A stretch of DNA of 64,000 nucleotides from Blepharisma stoltei ATCC 30299 (lineage: Eukaryota; Protista; Ciliophora): contig CBFDEM010000028.1 of assembly GCA_965603825.1 (NCBI GenBank), positions 62,001 to 126,000 of the forward strand, read 5' to 3'. The position numbers and the translations under genes are program-made. This document shows positions 12,435 through 22,735 of the stretch, piece by piece (within the stretch, counting starts at the first letter, position 1; the number at the start of each line of letters is the position of its first letter). The notes below the pieces were generated by a model. The model saw nothing but the letters and a program-made list of their open reading frames with translations. It was not told the origin of the DNA and made no database searches.

Positions 12435-13340
12435 TTATCCCTTTTTTTCTTCTTCTGCCTGTTTCCGCTGTGACTCTAGTTCTGCGACTTCTGAAACACG
12501 GACATTTCTAATACCAATCTGTGCTTGGATTAATGGGTCGTTCCAAGGCCCTGCGTTACTGTAAAGGCAGCCTCTTTCACAGTTGCAATTGCCTCCTAAA
12601 ATGTGTGGAACATTGTCAGCTGGAGCTAATTCCAATAATTTTTTCTGAAATTTACTTCCTTCAAGGCTAATCTTATGTTGAGTTCTTTCATCAAGCCACG
12701 GCCTTATTACTTTCCATGCTACTGAAAAAAGCATAGGAGTATTCACAATAAACATCCTCCCAAGCATTTCTGGATAATAATCCTGTCCGATCTTTGAAGC
12801 CATTTGTATAAACTTGTACACTTTTTTGCTCATTAATTTTGTGGAAGAGCCTCCTAAGTCGAGAATAGTCAATGATTGCTCTACTGGGTGTCCAGCTGCT
12901 ATGGCACATGCAGGAATTTGGACATTCAGCATGGTTTCATAAGATTTTACATAATATCTGATCATTCTTTCTTCTGTAGTAATTTCGAACAGTCTCTTTA
13001 AGTCTAATGATCCTATTCTTTCAATATAAATAGGCCTGCCATGAGAGTCAGTCTTATGGAATCCATGAGGATAGCATGCTTTTACTTGCTCAAGCTCAGG
13101 GAACTCATATGACATAATTTGATCAACGCCAAACTCTTGTCTCCACCTAAGATAATTTTGAAACATTTCCATTGCTTTATCAAAGTTGAATTTTCTTGCA
13201 CGAAGAAATCTGCCTAAAGTATGGTCATCAAAATTCCCTCCTAGTGCTTCTTTAAATCGGACAAGGGTTTGGCGCTCTTCTGGTGTTAGTGTGCCTAGAA
13301 GTGTTGGTAGGGGAGTTGTCTGTTGCTTGCGCTCTTCCAT
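12435..13340 (-). CDS. SEC14: Sec14/CRAL-TRIO lipid transfer protein
   Basis: DDHTLGRFLRARKF, YPHGFHKTDSHGRPIYIERIG, QDYYPEMLGRMFIVN, PWLDERTQHKI, LGGNCNC, GPWND. Confidence 0.95.
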   Translation of the reverse strand: MEERKQQTTPLPTLLGTLTPEERQTLVRFKEALGGNFDDHTLGRFLRARKFNFDKAMEMFQNYLRWRQEFGVDQIMSYEFPELEQVKACYPHGFHKTDSHGRPIYIERIGSLDLKRLFEITTEERMIRYYVKSYETMLNVQIPACAIAAGHPVEQSLTILDLGGSSTKLMSKKVYKFIQMASKIGQDYYPEMLGRMFIVNTPMLFSVAWKVIRPWLDERTQHKISLEGSKFQKKLLELAPADNVPHILGGNCNCERGCLYSNAGPWNDPLIQAQIGIRNVRVSEVAELESQRKQAEEEKKG

Positions 13341-13708
13341 TGTTTATTGGTTTATAATTAAACTACCGTGGATTACGCAAAATATGAAACATAGTGCAAA
13401 AAATTATATTTTCATTAAAAAACTCAGCAAAATTGATAGAAAAAGAAATTTTTATTTGCTGAAAATGATGAATAGTTATTAATATTGATAAATTATTTCA
13501 CTAGGCGCATTAATACTCTCAAGCTCAGATAGATAATACAATATATTATTAAATAGTTCATCAATTTTAGTTGCACAATGATAAACTAATTGTAATTAGA
13601 TACTTAATACACTGAAGATTTAACTTTTCAAATTTCTATTTTATTGCAATATCTATTAAATGGACGAAATCTAGAAATAATTTTATTTGATTATAAATAA
13701 TTAACAAA

Positions 13709-13876
13709 ATGATAAGAGATCTTTTGAGAATTTTATCTGGAGTTGGTATAGGCTCTTGGGCTGCATATTACATGCTTCACTCAGATATGACTGCAGCAAA
13801 TAAAGAAACTACTGCCAAAATTGAATATTTGAGAAAGGAGATCCTATCTCTTCAGAGCTTAAAGCAGAATAAATAA
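13709..13876 (+). CDS. Small 55-aa protein with one hydrophobic segment then a coiled coil; below the ORF-track cutoff
   Basis: MIRDLLRILSGVGIGSWAAYYMLHSDMTAANKETTAKIEYLRKEILSLQSLKQNK, ATG to TAA, GC-richer than its flanks. Confidence 0.7.
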   Translation: MIRDLLRILSGVGIGSWAAYYMLHSDMTAANKETTAKIEYLRKEILSLQSLKQNK

Positions 13877-13929
13877 ATAAAAATTACCTTTAAAATAAAC
13901 TCTGCTTATTTTCTAATATTTGGTTTAAC

Positions 13930-14268
13930 TTAATGAATTTTTCCAAACTGGACAGTCTCATAAGGTCTGACTTTTTTCTCCTTTGCCCAGACTTGAGGAG
14001 CATACATTTGCCTATAATTCTTAGCTCCCTGCACAAATATTTGGGTCAGCCCATTGGTCCCATATTCATGAAGAGCAGTCATTTCCATAATTTTTTTACA
14101 AAACAAGTAAGCCATTGGTGCACAAATAAAAATCCCTAGGAAATATCCACCTCTTTCCATCCTTATTCTTTTGAAGCGAGACACTTCGTCTTGCACTAGG
14201 GCTCTGTCAACTAACGCTTGCATGCTTGCTCTTCCTGCAGCTCTTAAAGTTTCAAGCTTGTCAGCCAT
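13930..14268 (-). CDS. Small membrane protein, 112 aa, function unknown
   Basis: ATG to TAA with coding-like composition and one hydrophobic segment GGYFLGIFICAPMAYLFC. Confidence 0.8.
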   Translation of the reverse strand: MADKLETLRAAGRASMQALVDRALVQDEVSRFKRIRMERGGYFLGIFICAPMAYLFCKKIMEMTALHEYGTNGLTQIFVQGAKNYRQMYAPQVWAKEKKVRPYETVQFGKIH

Positions 14269-14340
14269 ATTTTGCTTAAAAAGAATTAGAAATTAGGAAA
14301 GAGATTCAATTGATTTTGGTTATAATAATTTAAGTGATAT

Positions 14341-14648
14341 ATATGCAGCTCTTACTCCCCCAATCTGGTCAAATTAAGGACAGTTCTTAGTTAGTTGTTG
14401 AGGATGATGTCAATAAGGGTTAGCTTTGAGAATGACATTGTCAGGATAGTTAATTTTTCCCTCACGTTGTTGGGATTTGGCCATGATGCTCTTTTAAGTC
14501 AAGCAAAGAAGACAATTAGAGCTTATTTGCCCTGATCATCAGAAGCACAGTGATTGATGATTAATTCCGGGGGGAACCTCTTGGCTCCCTTAAAGCTGCA
14601 AGTGTGTTTGCTGCTCATGTTCCGCTTGAGTTATGTTCAGAATATCAT
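14341..14648. ncRNA. Candidate structured non-coding RNA, family unassigned
   Basis: GC-enriched island between very AT-rich flanks, with only short ORFs found (31 and 36 aa on the minus strand). Nested complementary segments tgcagct/agctgca and tccccc/ggggga plus internal hairpins. Confidence 0.35.
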
Positions 14649-15179
14649 TTAAAACATATAAATTTTTTCATAAATTATTTATAATGCTTCTTTTTAAATA
14701 AGTTCTGTCTATTTTAAATAAATCTTTTAAACCTCTTTCTATCAAACGAAGTTCTTAATCCTTGACTTAATAATTATTATATTTTTTAAAATAATGATTA
14801 TAATAATTTTGTCTGGCTTTCCAGCCTATAAATCTATAATATCTCAATAATTTTGCATTTTATGGCCAAAAATGAAATCAGAACATTTTAGACTATTGAG
14901 CATTTTCCTTTCAACTATTGAGCCATGTCAATAATTATGCCTGATGGTTTGGAGAATTGTGAGGATTATGCGGGAAGAAATTGTAATAGGACCTTTGGAA
15001 GGTTTATGGTTCTTTTTGGGTGCTGATTATGGGGATTTGCTTTCTATCACTTGAGGCTTCGGTAGGATTTGCTAGATTACCCTTTGGAAATAAAATTTCA
15101 GCTATATAATTCATAGTTGCTAGCCTAATTTAAATAGGTGCTATTTGCATAATAACCAATTCAGTTACCATATTATAAG

Positions 15180-16382
15180 ATGCACAGTAACCTCTAACTA
15201 GAGTATCGTTTAATTTCAAAAAAGGGTGAAGGCGCTTTCAGCGAAGTTCTCAAAGCACAAAGCATTAAAACAGGAAAATACGTAGCAATAAAATGCATGA
15301 AAAACCATTTTGATAGCCTTGACAAAGTCAATAATTTAAGAGAAATCCAAGCTCTTAGAAGATTATCCCCTCACCCACATATCGTAAGGCTACTTGAAAT
15401 CCTTTAGTAATTGGTATTCAGCGATGAGCCAACTGGAAGACTTGCCCTCGTTTTTGAGCTTTTGGACCAAAATTTGTATGAATATACAAAAGATAGGAGG
15501 CAATTTTTGCCAGAAACGAAAGTAAAAAATTTTATGTGGCAACTTTTAAAAGCCATTGACCATATGCATAGGAATGGGATTTTTCATAGGGATATCAAGC
15601 CTGAAAACGTTTTATTAGCTGATGATGCATTAAAACTAGCTGATTTTGGGTCATGTCGTGGAATCTACAGCAAGCAGCCATATACAGAGTACATTAGTAC
15701 AAGATGGTATAGACCTCCAGAATGCTTGCTTACTGATGGTTACTATAACTACAAAATGGATATATGGGGCATTGGCTGCGTATTTTTTGAAATCCTTGCT
15801 TTATTTCCATTATTCCCAGGCGAAAACGAACTAGACCAAATTGATAAAATCCATAATGTGTTAGGGACTCCTCCTCAAGAAATTCTTGACGAATTTAAAG
15901 AAAAAACTCAAACAATTAACTTGGTTTTTACAGGAAAAGATGGAACTGGCATAGACAGACTGATTCCTCATGTATCACCAATGGCAAGAAGCTTGATAAA
16001 TAAAATGCTTACTTATAAATGCGATGACAGGCTATCTGCGCGGCAATGTATGAAGCATCCTTATTTTAAAGAAATTAGGGATCAAGAAATGCCGCTGAGA
16101 ATTGTACCATCACCCCATAGCATTGGAGGAGGATTTGACGCAGATAGTGGGGCGGGGGATGAAAGTAAAAGATCTGACCCTATACTGCCACCAATTAAAG
16201 TTCCTGTCATGACTTTGCCAAAAATTAAGAAAAAAAATGAGCTGAGGCTGAAAAATAACCCTTCAGTAAAAAGTATTAATTTTGAGCAAATATCGCCGTA
16301 TACTAATAAAAAAATTAATCTGGAGCCAAGAAAACCATATGTGCCTCCTTATAAAAAAGGTCTCTACAAGACTAACTTTTAA
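15180..16382 (+). CDS. MOK: MOK/LF4-type kinase; introns 15187-15201 and 15407-15421
   Basis: Spliced start [18 protein letters not shown], then [55 protein letters not shown]. Confidence 0.95.
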
Positions 16383-16417
16383 GTTAATATCTGTTGATAT
16401 TTCTATTAATTTTTAAT

Positions 16418-17398
16418 TTAAACTTGAGGAGCTGGCTTATCATAGTCCCACACACAGACTTTTCCATCCCACCCACAAGATCCCATTAATCTGCATATTT
16501 CTTACTTGTCGTTAAATAAATTCCAATCGACCCCAGAGGCGAATTCTGTATGATGCATGTGTCTAATTAGAGGGGCGCTTGGATTTGCTAAATTTCAGAC
16601 GCAGACTGACATGTCGTATGAAGCAGATACGAGGATATTCCCATAGAATGGGGAATATTTGACTTTTCTGATTCCTAGGGAATGGCCTGTTAGTATAATC
16701 ATTGCTCTTTGAGTATTTCTAGGGTCCTAAGTTATTTTTACCCAAATTGAAATTGATTGATCTGTAGAAGCTGTTGCAAAGCATTCAGAGTACTTGTCCC
16801 AATCACATGAAAGCACATCGCCTGCATGCCCAAGCACTGTTAAAACTGATTGAGGCTGTCTGGTATCCCAGATTTTGGCAGTTCGATCTCCGCTTGAAGA
16901 TAAAAAGTGAAAAGGGCTGCTTAGCAATTACATTCTTGGATTTCATATAGTGGAGTACACATGTGAAGAATGCTCTGCAAAGTTGTGGGTGCACACACCA
17001 GTGACTAAGTCTCATACTTTTGCGGATGCATCATAGGACCCTGATACAATTTGTTTAGTGAATTGGTAATTCGAGTGGACTGAAAATACTTCTGCAGTAT
17101 GCTGCACCAGATTTAAAATCGGCTGTGGATAAGCCAAGTCATATAACTTCACCGACCCATCTCCTGACGCTACCAATATCTGATGTTCATTCCCTTCAAG
17201 CCAGCATACATCAAACAAGTTATCTTGAGTATTTGCTCTATATATTTCTCTCATAAAAGGAACCCCAAGCTGTAATACATGAAGTGCCCCATTTCCTGCT
17301 ACCCCAAAGTGCTGAGAGGTTGCAACTGCTACTTTGTCTTGCTCATATGGGCTAAAAGCTAACGAATAGGCACTAAATGGTGTTTTAAATAGTGACAT
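16418..17398 (-). CDS. PEX7: PTS2 peroxisomal import receptor (WD40); introns 16917-16931, 16727-16741 and 16491-16505
   Basis: FSPY...ATSQHFGVAGNG, FDVCW, ASGDGSVKLYD, VLSCDWDKY, SASYDMSV, HHTEFASGVDW. Three 15-nt introns and TGA=Trp codons give one continuous frame ending TAA. Confidence 0.95.
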
Positions 17399-17413
17399 GA
17401 TAAATATTAATAA

Positions 17414-18601
17414 ATGTGGAGTGAACAAATCGTGCTGTACTTAGCCAAGACTGAAGATGGGTACAAGGTAGAAGAAGAAGGACCAATTTATCAGCCTCCA
17501 CAAACAGAAATTGAGGCTCCTTTGCCAAACCCACAGTTCGAAGTAGAGCCGATCTCTATTGACCCTGAAATGAAAGAGGATAAACCATTTCCAAGCGCCA
17601 GGATCCCTACGTCTTCTGCATGATTTAACCCATGGGAAATCCATCAGATTGAAAAAGAGTCAGTGCCTGAGTTTTTTTCAGGGAAATATCCGAGCAAAAC
17701 TCCTGTTACCTATATGCATTTTAGAAATTATATAATCCGCGCTTATAGAGAAAATCCGAAACAATATTTGACGGCTACCACATGTAGGAGGACGCTGGTT
17801 GGGGACGCTTGTGCAATAGTCAGACTTCATGCTTTCCTTGAAAAATGGGGACTTATTAACTTTGAGGTAGACCCTAGCACGAGGCCTCAGCCTTTGTATC
17901 AAGCTGTAATACAGTCTAAAAAGCAAGATATTATAGAAAATCCTGACGCTAAATGGTGCGGGTACTGCGGAGAACCATGTGAAGAAGTCTGGTATAGCCA
18001 CGATATGCTGAATCTATGTGCAAAATGCTTTGGAGAAGGAAACATACCGATGATTCTATCTCCTGATGATTTTGTAAGACAGACAAGTGACCCTGTGAAG
18101 CTTCAAGCTGAAACAAGTATTTCTTTGCCATTATTGCAAGCTGTTTATACACATAAAGATAACTGGGAAAAAATATCTGAAGAGCTCCAAAAGCCAGCTT
18201 CCCAATGCTTGTGGGAGTTTTTACAGCTGCCAATTAATGAAATAGGAGATTTAAAGCTGGGAACAAAATCAAACGAAATTCCTTCAGGATTTGGAGACAT
18301 CAGGTATCCGATTTTAAGTCAAATTTATGATGCTATGAAAGATAAGGAATTTGGGGAGAACGAAATCCCACCAAGCCCTGTACCTCAGCTTAATGAAATT
18401 AAAGAAAAAATTCAAAAATATAGGGAATTGATAGAAAATGTCAGTGAAACCAGAGGATATTTAGCACAGCAAGACTATTTGATACAGAAAACCAAAGCAG
18501 AATATTTACTTTCGAGGATTCATATGGCTAGAAATAGTAAGCTAAGCCAAACAAATAAAATATTTGTGTTGAAAGCGCCTAAATACGCAAATATTTCATA
18601 A
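17414..18601 (+). CDS. SWI3: SWI3/SMARCC-type chromatin remodeller subunit (SWIRM, Zn-finger-like, SANT-like), 395 aa
   Basis: Fused through TGA 17621-17623 in IPTSSA(W)F. PEFFSGK..SKTP..Y...RN, YLTATTCRRTLVGDACAIVRLHAFLEKWGLINF, CxxC...LCxxCF, FLQLPI. Confidence 0.93.
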
Positions 18602-18631
18602 TGGTAAATTGAAAATTAAAAGAATTTTAGT

Positions 18632-19600
18632 CTAGAAAAAGCGGTGCTTGTTTTCTTGCTTATCAAAATTTCCTCTGTTTGAGCCTCTGAATCCTCCTCT
18701 GGATTGGCCGCCTCTAAAATCTCTTTGGCCGCCTCTAAAATCTCTTTGGCCACCTCTGAAGTCTCTTTGGCCGCCTCTAAAATCTCTTTGGCCACCTCTA
18801 AAGTCTCTTTGGCCACCTCTAAAGTCTCTTTTCCTTCCAAAACTTCCTCTGTCTCCTCTAAATCCTCTTCCTCTGCTATCTCCTCTGCCACCTCTAAATC
18901 TGCCACCTCTAAAATCTCTTCTATCGTAGTCATCGTGGACTTCCCATGTATTTTTGAATAATTCGCCTTCTCCTTCGCTGCTATTTTCACTGATTTCTTG
19001 CTGCGGACCTTCTAAGTCAAAGCTGTCACTGTCCCCTCCTTTAATATCTTTTTCTTGAGAATCTTGTTTTTTTTGGGATTTTCCCGGCAAAATTGGCTGA
19101 AAAGGCTCAGGACGTTTTGATGGTATATCTTCTTTAGTATCCTCTTCTTCGTTGCTTGAAGATTCAGGGCTCTCTTCTTTATTTTCTAATTCTTCTTCCT
19201 CACTCTCCTCTTCACTTGCCTGGTGCTCTATTTTTTCTTCTTCACTCTCACTTTCTTCTTCAGATAAATCCTCTTCCTCATTTTCTTCATTAGAATCTAG
19301 CTCCTTATAATCCTCTTTCAATTCATAATACCCAAGAAGCGTGATTTGGTATGAGCCTTCAGCTGTAAATTCAGGTCGGGTCGATGTGTGGAACGATAAA
19401 TTTGTTTTAATCATGCTGTTCTCGTTACTTAAGTATCCTATTGGAATTTTATTTCCATCAACTTTGACAAAAAGCACTGTTGTGGTTGGTGACATCATAG
19501 GATGTAAAATAATTTGAGATATATGTAGAAATTCGCCCTGGCTGCTGAACGGCTTTATAGTCAGGGGCTCATCTTTTGACAAGCTTGCAGCCCAGAACAT
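18632..19600 (-). CDS. Nucleoplasmin-like (NPL) domain protein with acidic tract and RGG tail
   Basis: MFWAASL...FLHISQIIL...ITLLGYY is the N-terminal NPL pattern of FKBP39/Fpr3/HD-tuin proteins. A long E/S tract follows, then RGG repeats. Confidence 0.85.
   Translation of the reverse strand: MFWAASLSKDEPLTIKPFSSQGEFLHISQIILHPMMSPTTTVLFVKVDGNKIPIGYLSNENSMIKTNLSFHTSTRPEFTAEGSYQITLLGYYELKEDYKELDSNEENEEEDLSEEESESEEEKIEHQASEEESEEEELENKEESPESSSNEEEDTKEDIPSKRPEPFQPILPGKSQKKQDSQEKDIKGGDSDSFDLEGPQQEISENSSEGEGELFKNTWEVHDDYDRRDFRGGRFRGGRGDSRGRGFRGDRGSFGRKRDFRGGQRDFRGGQRDFRGGQRDFRGGQRDFRGGQRDFRGGQSRGGFRGSNRGNFDKQENKHRFF
18704..18829 (-). repeat. Six tandem 21-bp coding repeats encoding RDFRGGQ
   Basis: Plus-strand unit ttggccRcctctRaaRtctct; the differences between units are synonymous. 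Confidence 0.97.
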
Positions 19601-19984
19601 TTTATTTTGCCATAATTTAGATTAATTTCCCAGGAATCAAAATGGAAGAGCAAAGCGAAAATTTGTGAAAAAAGATTAATTTTATGCTCTGTCTTTAATG
19701 CTTTATTTGGGATATATTATTTTAAATTATATATTAATATTGAATTTTTAAAATAAATATGAAAATTTTAAAATCTGTGATGCTATAAAAGCTGATTTTA
19801 AAACAAATAGTTGATAACACCATAAGCAGAGATATATTTATAAATTAATCGATAAAAATCTATTAGTATGATTTGTATTTTATTTTAGAGAAAAATCCAA
19901 TATAATTTAATAGTAATATCAAGTAATTTATAAGGAAAAAAATCGATCTTTTGTTTTCTTTTTAAGACATGTTTCCATAGCTTT

Positions 19985-20302
19985 ATGTCTCTTATAAATA
20001 TGGGCTGCGTAGAATCTTATAAAGAACATGAAGAAATTGACATATCTAATGATCCACCAAAATTAACCAGATCCGCTCTGAACATGCTGTCAACAGAAGA
20101 CCAATTTGATGACATAGACTTAGAATCTCCAAAGGAATTTTATATTTCTCCACAAAGTGTAAAGGGTAATGATGAGTTTTCTGACCATGAATCGCTAGTC
20201 GGGACAGTTCGTTCAACCTGCGTTTCTTTTCATAGAAACGAAAATGAGTTGGCGTTTCTTATTCCTTCGCCTAGGATACGAAAACAAAGCGATTTCCTAT
20301 AA
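19985..20302 (+). CDS. Small hypothetical protein; start may be ATG 20000 (MGC)
   Basis: 105-aa ORF with coding-like composition in an AT-rich context; ends TAA. Confidence 0.65.
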   Translation: MSLINMGCVESYKEHEEIDISNDPPKLTRSALNMLSTEDQFDDIDLESPKEFYISPQSVKGNDEFSDHESLVGTVRSTCVSFHRNENELAFLIPSPRIRKQSDFL

Positions 20303-20715
20303 ATCTTTTTAATGCTGTCGTTAAAGAAATTTCTTTAATTAAGAAGTGTTTTACTCTTTTAAATGAAAATTAAACTAATTTTGAAATGAGAAATTGTCTA
20401 CAATAATTTAGGAAGGTGGAAAACAAGCGCAGGAATAAAATTGTGGGTTGATATTAACAGAAGGGACATATTTGTCTTTAATGGTGGTATAATAGATATG
20501 CTGGAATTGATAAGTTCTTGAAATTGTTTATATATTGTTAAGGCTTATTATTTCATTGTTAATTTATTGCTATTAAATGGATAATAAATGGGTTTTCTTA
20601 GGAAAATGATACTTTTGCTCGTTTATTTTTAAAAACTTGTTAAATTTAATTTTAACAGATGACGTCTGCTCATCCTAAAAGGCTTTATATGCCTAATTTA
20701 TAATAAATCGAAAAA

Positions 20716-21372
20716 ATGTCTTCTATTATCTATGCCCTCGTAGTCAGAGATCCTGATATTGTTTTATCGGAATATTCCCGAGCCCAAGGCAATTTCCCTC
20801 AAATTACAAGAAACATTCTTTCTAAATTACCCAGAAGTGGCAAATTCTCTTACACATATAACGAAAAATACTGCTATCATTACATCTCTGAAGAAAATAT
20901 CGTCTTCATTTGCCTTTCAGACGCAGAATTCCCTAGGAGAATCTGCTTTTTATTTCTAGACGATATAAAATCAAACTTTATGAAGCGCTATGGGCAGGTT
21001 GTTAACACAGTAATAGCATTTGGTGTAAATGCAGAATTTGCTGAAGTTTTGAAGACTCGGATGATTTATTTTAATACAGATCCAAATGCAGATAAACTGC
21101 AAACTATTAGATCTAGTGTAGACCAAGTCAAAAATATTATGATAGAAAATATTGATAAAGTGCTAGCAAGAGGTGAAAAAGTGGAATTATTAGTGAAAAA
21201 ATCAGAAGTTATGAGTGAGCAAGCAATTACGATGAAAAAAAGAGCAATCCAAGTAAGGAGAAAAATGTGGTTTCAGAATATCAAACTATATTTAGTGTGT
21301 GGCTGTGTATTTTTGTTTTTGCTTCTTTTACTTATGATGTCTGTATGCTCTCCAGACTTTTCAGAGTGTTAA
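20716..21372 (+). CDS. VAMP7: Longin R-SNARE (VAMP7 family)
   Basis: Longin domain (IIYALV, GNF, RRICFLFLDDIK), synaptobrevin core VKNIMIENIDKVLARGEKVELLV and a C-terminal transmembrane segment. Confidence 0.96.
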   Translation: MSSIIYALVVRDPDIVLSEYSRAQGNFPQITRNILSKLPRSGKFSYTYNEKYCYHYISEENIVFICLSDAEFPRRICFLFLDDIKSNFMKRYGQVVNTVIAFGVNAEFAEVLKTRMIYFNTDPNADKLQTIRSSVDQVKNIMIENIDKVLARGEKVELLVKKSEVMSEQAITMKKRAIQVRRKMWFQNIKLYLVCGCVFLFLLLLLMMSVCSPDFSEC

Positions 21373-21595
21373 TACGTAGCGATAATCTAATTAGCATAAT
21401 AATTTGGCTTACTAAACCTAAATGAGTATCATATTAATATACACATTTACCCAAAATTTTTCAATTTTAAAGCACTTACTTATAAACTAAATCATTTTTC
21501 CTATAAACCTATTAAGAATTTATAAGAATAAGCTTGAAATTTAGTCAATCTTCACAATTTATTAGCCTAATATCTGGCGTTAAATTAATTAATAA

Positions 21596-22701
21596 ATGAA
21601 AGCTAACACCCAGCAGTTCCAAACCTTCGACTATACACTTGACGATGAAACAGTCCAAGAAATCGTTTCGAAATTCACAAATAGAAACCCTTCAGTCGAC
21701 AAACTTCCAGCACTCCGCAAGCCTTTTAAGATTGACTCTTCTCTAATCCAAGTAAAAATAATTAGGCAGCTGAATATGAAGCCAAAGTATGGCTAGAACG
21801 TCGAATTCCAGCCCAGCAGGTAAAGCACCAAACCCTTGAAGACTTATTGCGAGCTCTTTTCAGTGCCTTATCAGTTGATGAGAACGGAAAAGTCAATGGT
21901 TTACGCATTGTTGAGCAGCTAATTTCTCTTGGCCTCGCTTCAGAGCCTGCTTCTTTAATCAAAGTACACCTTATATAGATTTTATGTGCTGCTTTTAAAG
22001 AGCCAAACATAAATAAGCTGACTTTATCGCTCCATGATATGATGCTATTTTGTTCAGGTGACCGTAGGACTGACTATATTTTGGAAAAATTAAATTTTTA
22101 TGCTGAAAATTACCGTTCCCCGTCCCCAATTCTCCACTCAAACCTAATCCTCCCTAACGCTCCTTCTATTTTTGCTAGACCTATTTCAATGGAGCCTCCA
22201 AAGCGAAAACACGCGATATCTCATACAGCCAGGACCCAAAGCGTCACTAAAAAGAAAAATTTGACGATGGCAGACCATTTAAATATCGTAAATGAATGGT
22301 GGAAAGAAATTGATAATAAAAACGAAGGGTTTGTGGACAGTGAAGAAGTCGCGATTAAATTAATAGAAAAAAGGATAGTTGCTAACAGCTTAGAAGCTAA
22401 AAAACTAGTTGGCCCTGGGGAAAGCAAAACTGGGAAGGCAAATTATCAGCAGTTTCAGCAGATTTTTGCAAGAAGTATGCTGAAAGGGTCGTTATTAAGC
22501 TTGGCTGACAGACTGTCAGAAGGCCCGCTTGCGAAGCCTTTTTTTACAGCTGCCATGAAGCTGTCTGCTTATAAGAGAAAATTATTGATCGCCAGAATCA
22601 AGCCAAATGAAGCAAATATTACTCAAGAAGAAGGCGAAAATGCTTTAAAAGCGATTGAAAAATATAAAAGATACGTCAGGTCAATATCCCCAACTAAATA
22701 A
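21596..22701 (+). CDS. EF-hand-like protein; introns 21752-21765 (14 nt) and 21964-21978
   Basis: Spliced product reads ...SSLIQ|AAEYEAKVWLERR...LRALFSALSVDENGKVN...LISLGL...LIK|ILCAAF, with a second EF-like loop WKEIDNKNEGFVDSEE. Confidence 0.8.
21752..21765 (+). other. Putative 14-nt spliceosomal intron
   Basis: gtaaaaataattag has a GTA donor, A at -6 and a TAG acceptor; removing it joins two open frames. Confidence 0.6.
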
Positions 22702-22735
22702 TTTTTAATGTAAATTTGACATTTTGATAAAAATA

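Noticed and set aside
14341-14648. Assignment as telomerase RNA, SRP RNA, U3 or a spliceosomal snRNA
   Set aside because: I found no template matching a CCCTAACA-type repeat, no SRP helix-8 motif, no complete U3 box set and no snRNA signature. Kept only as an unassigned candidate.
18704-18829. 21-bp repeat array as a CRISPR or non-coding repeat
   Set aside because: It has no spacers and is a coding RGG repeat; the overlapping antisense and alternative-frame ORFs are by-products.
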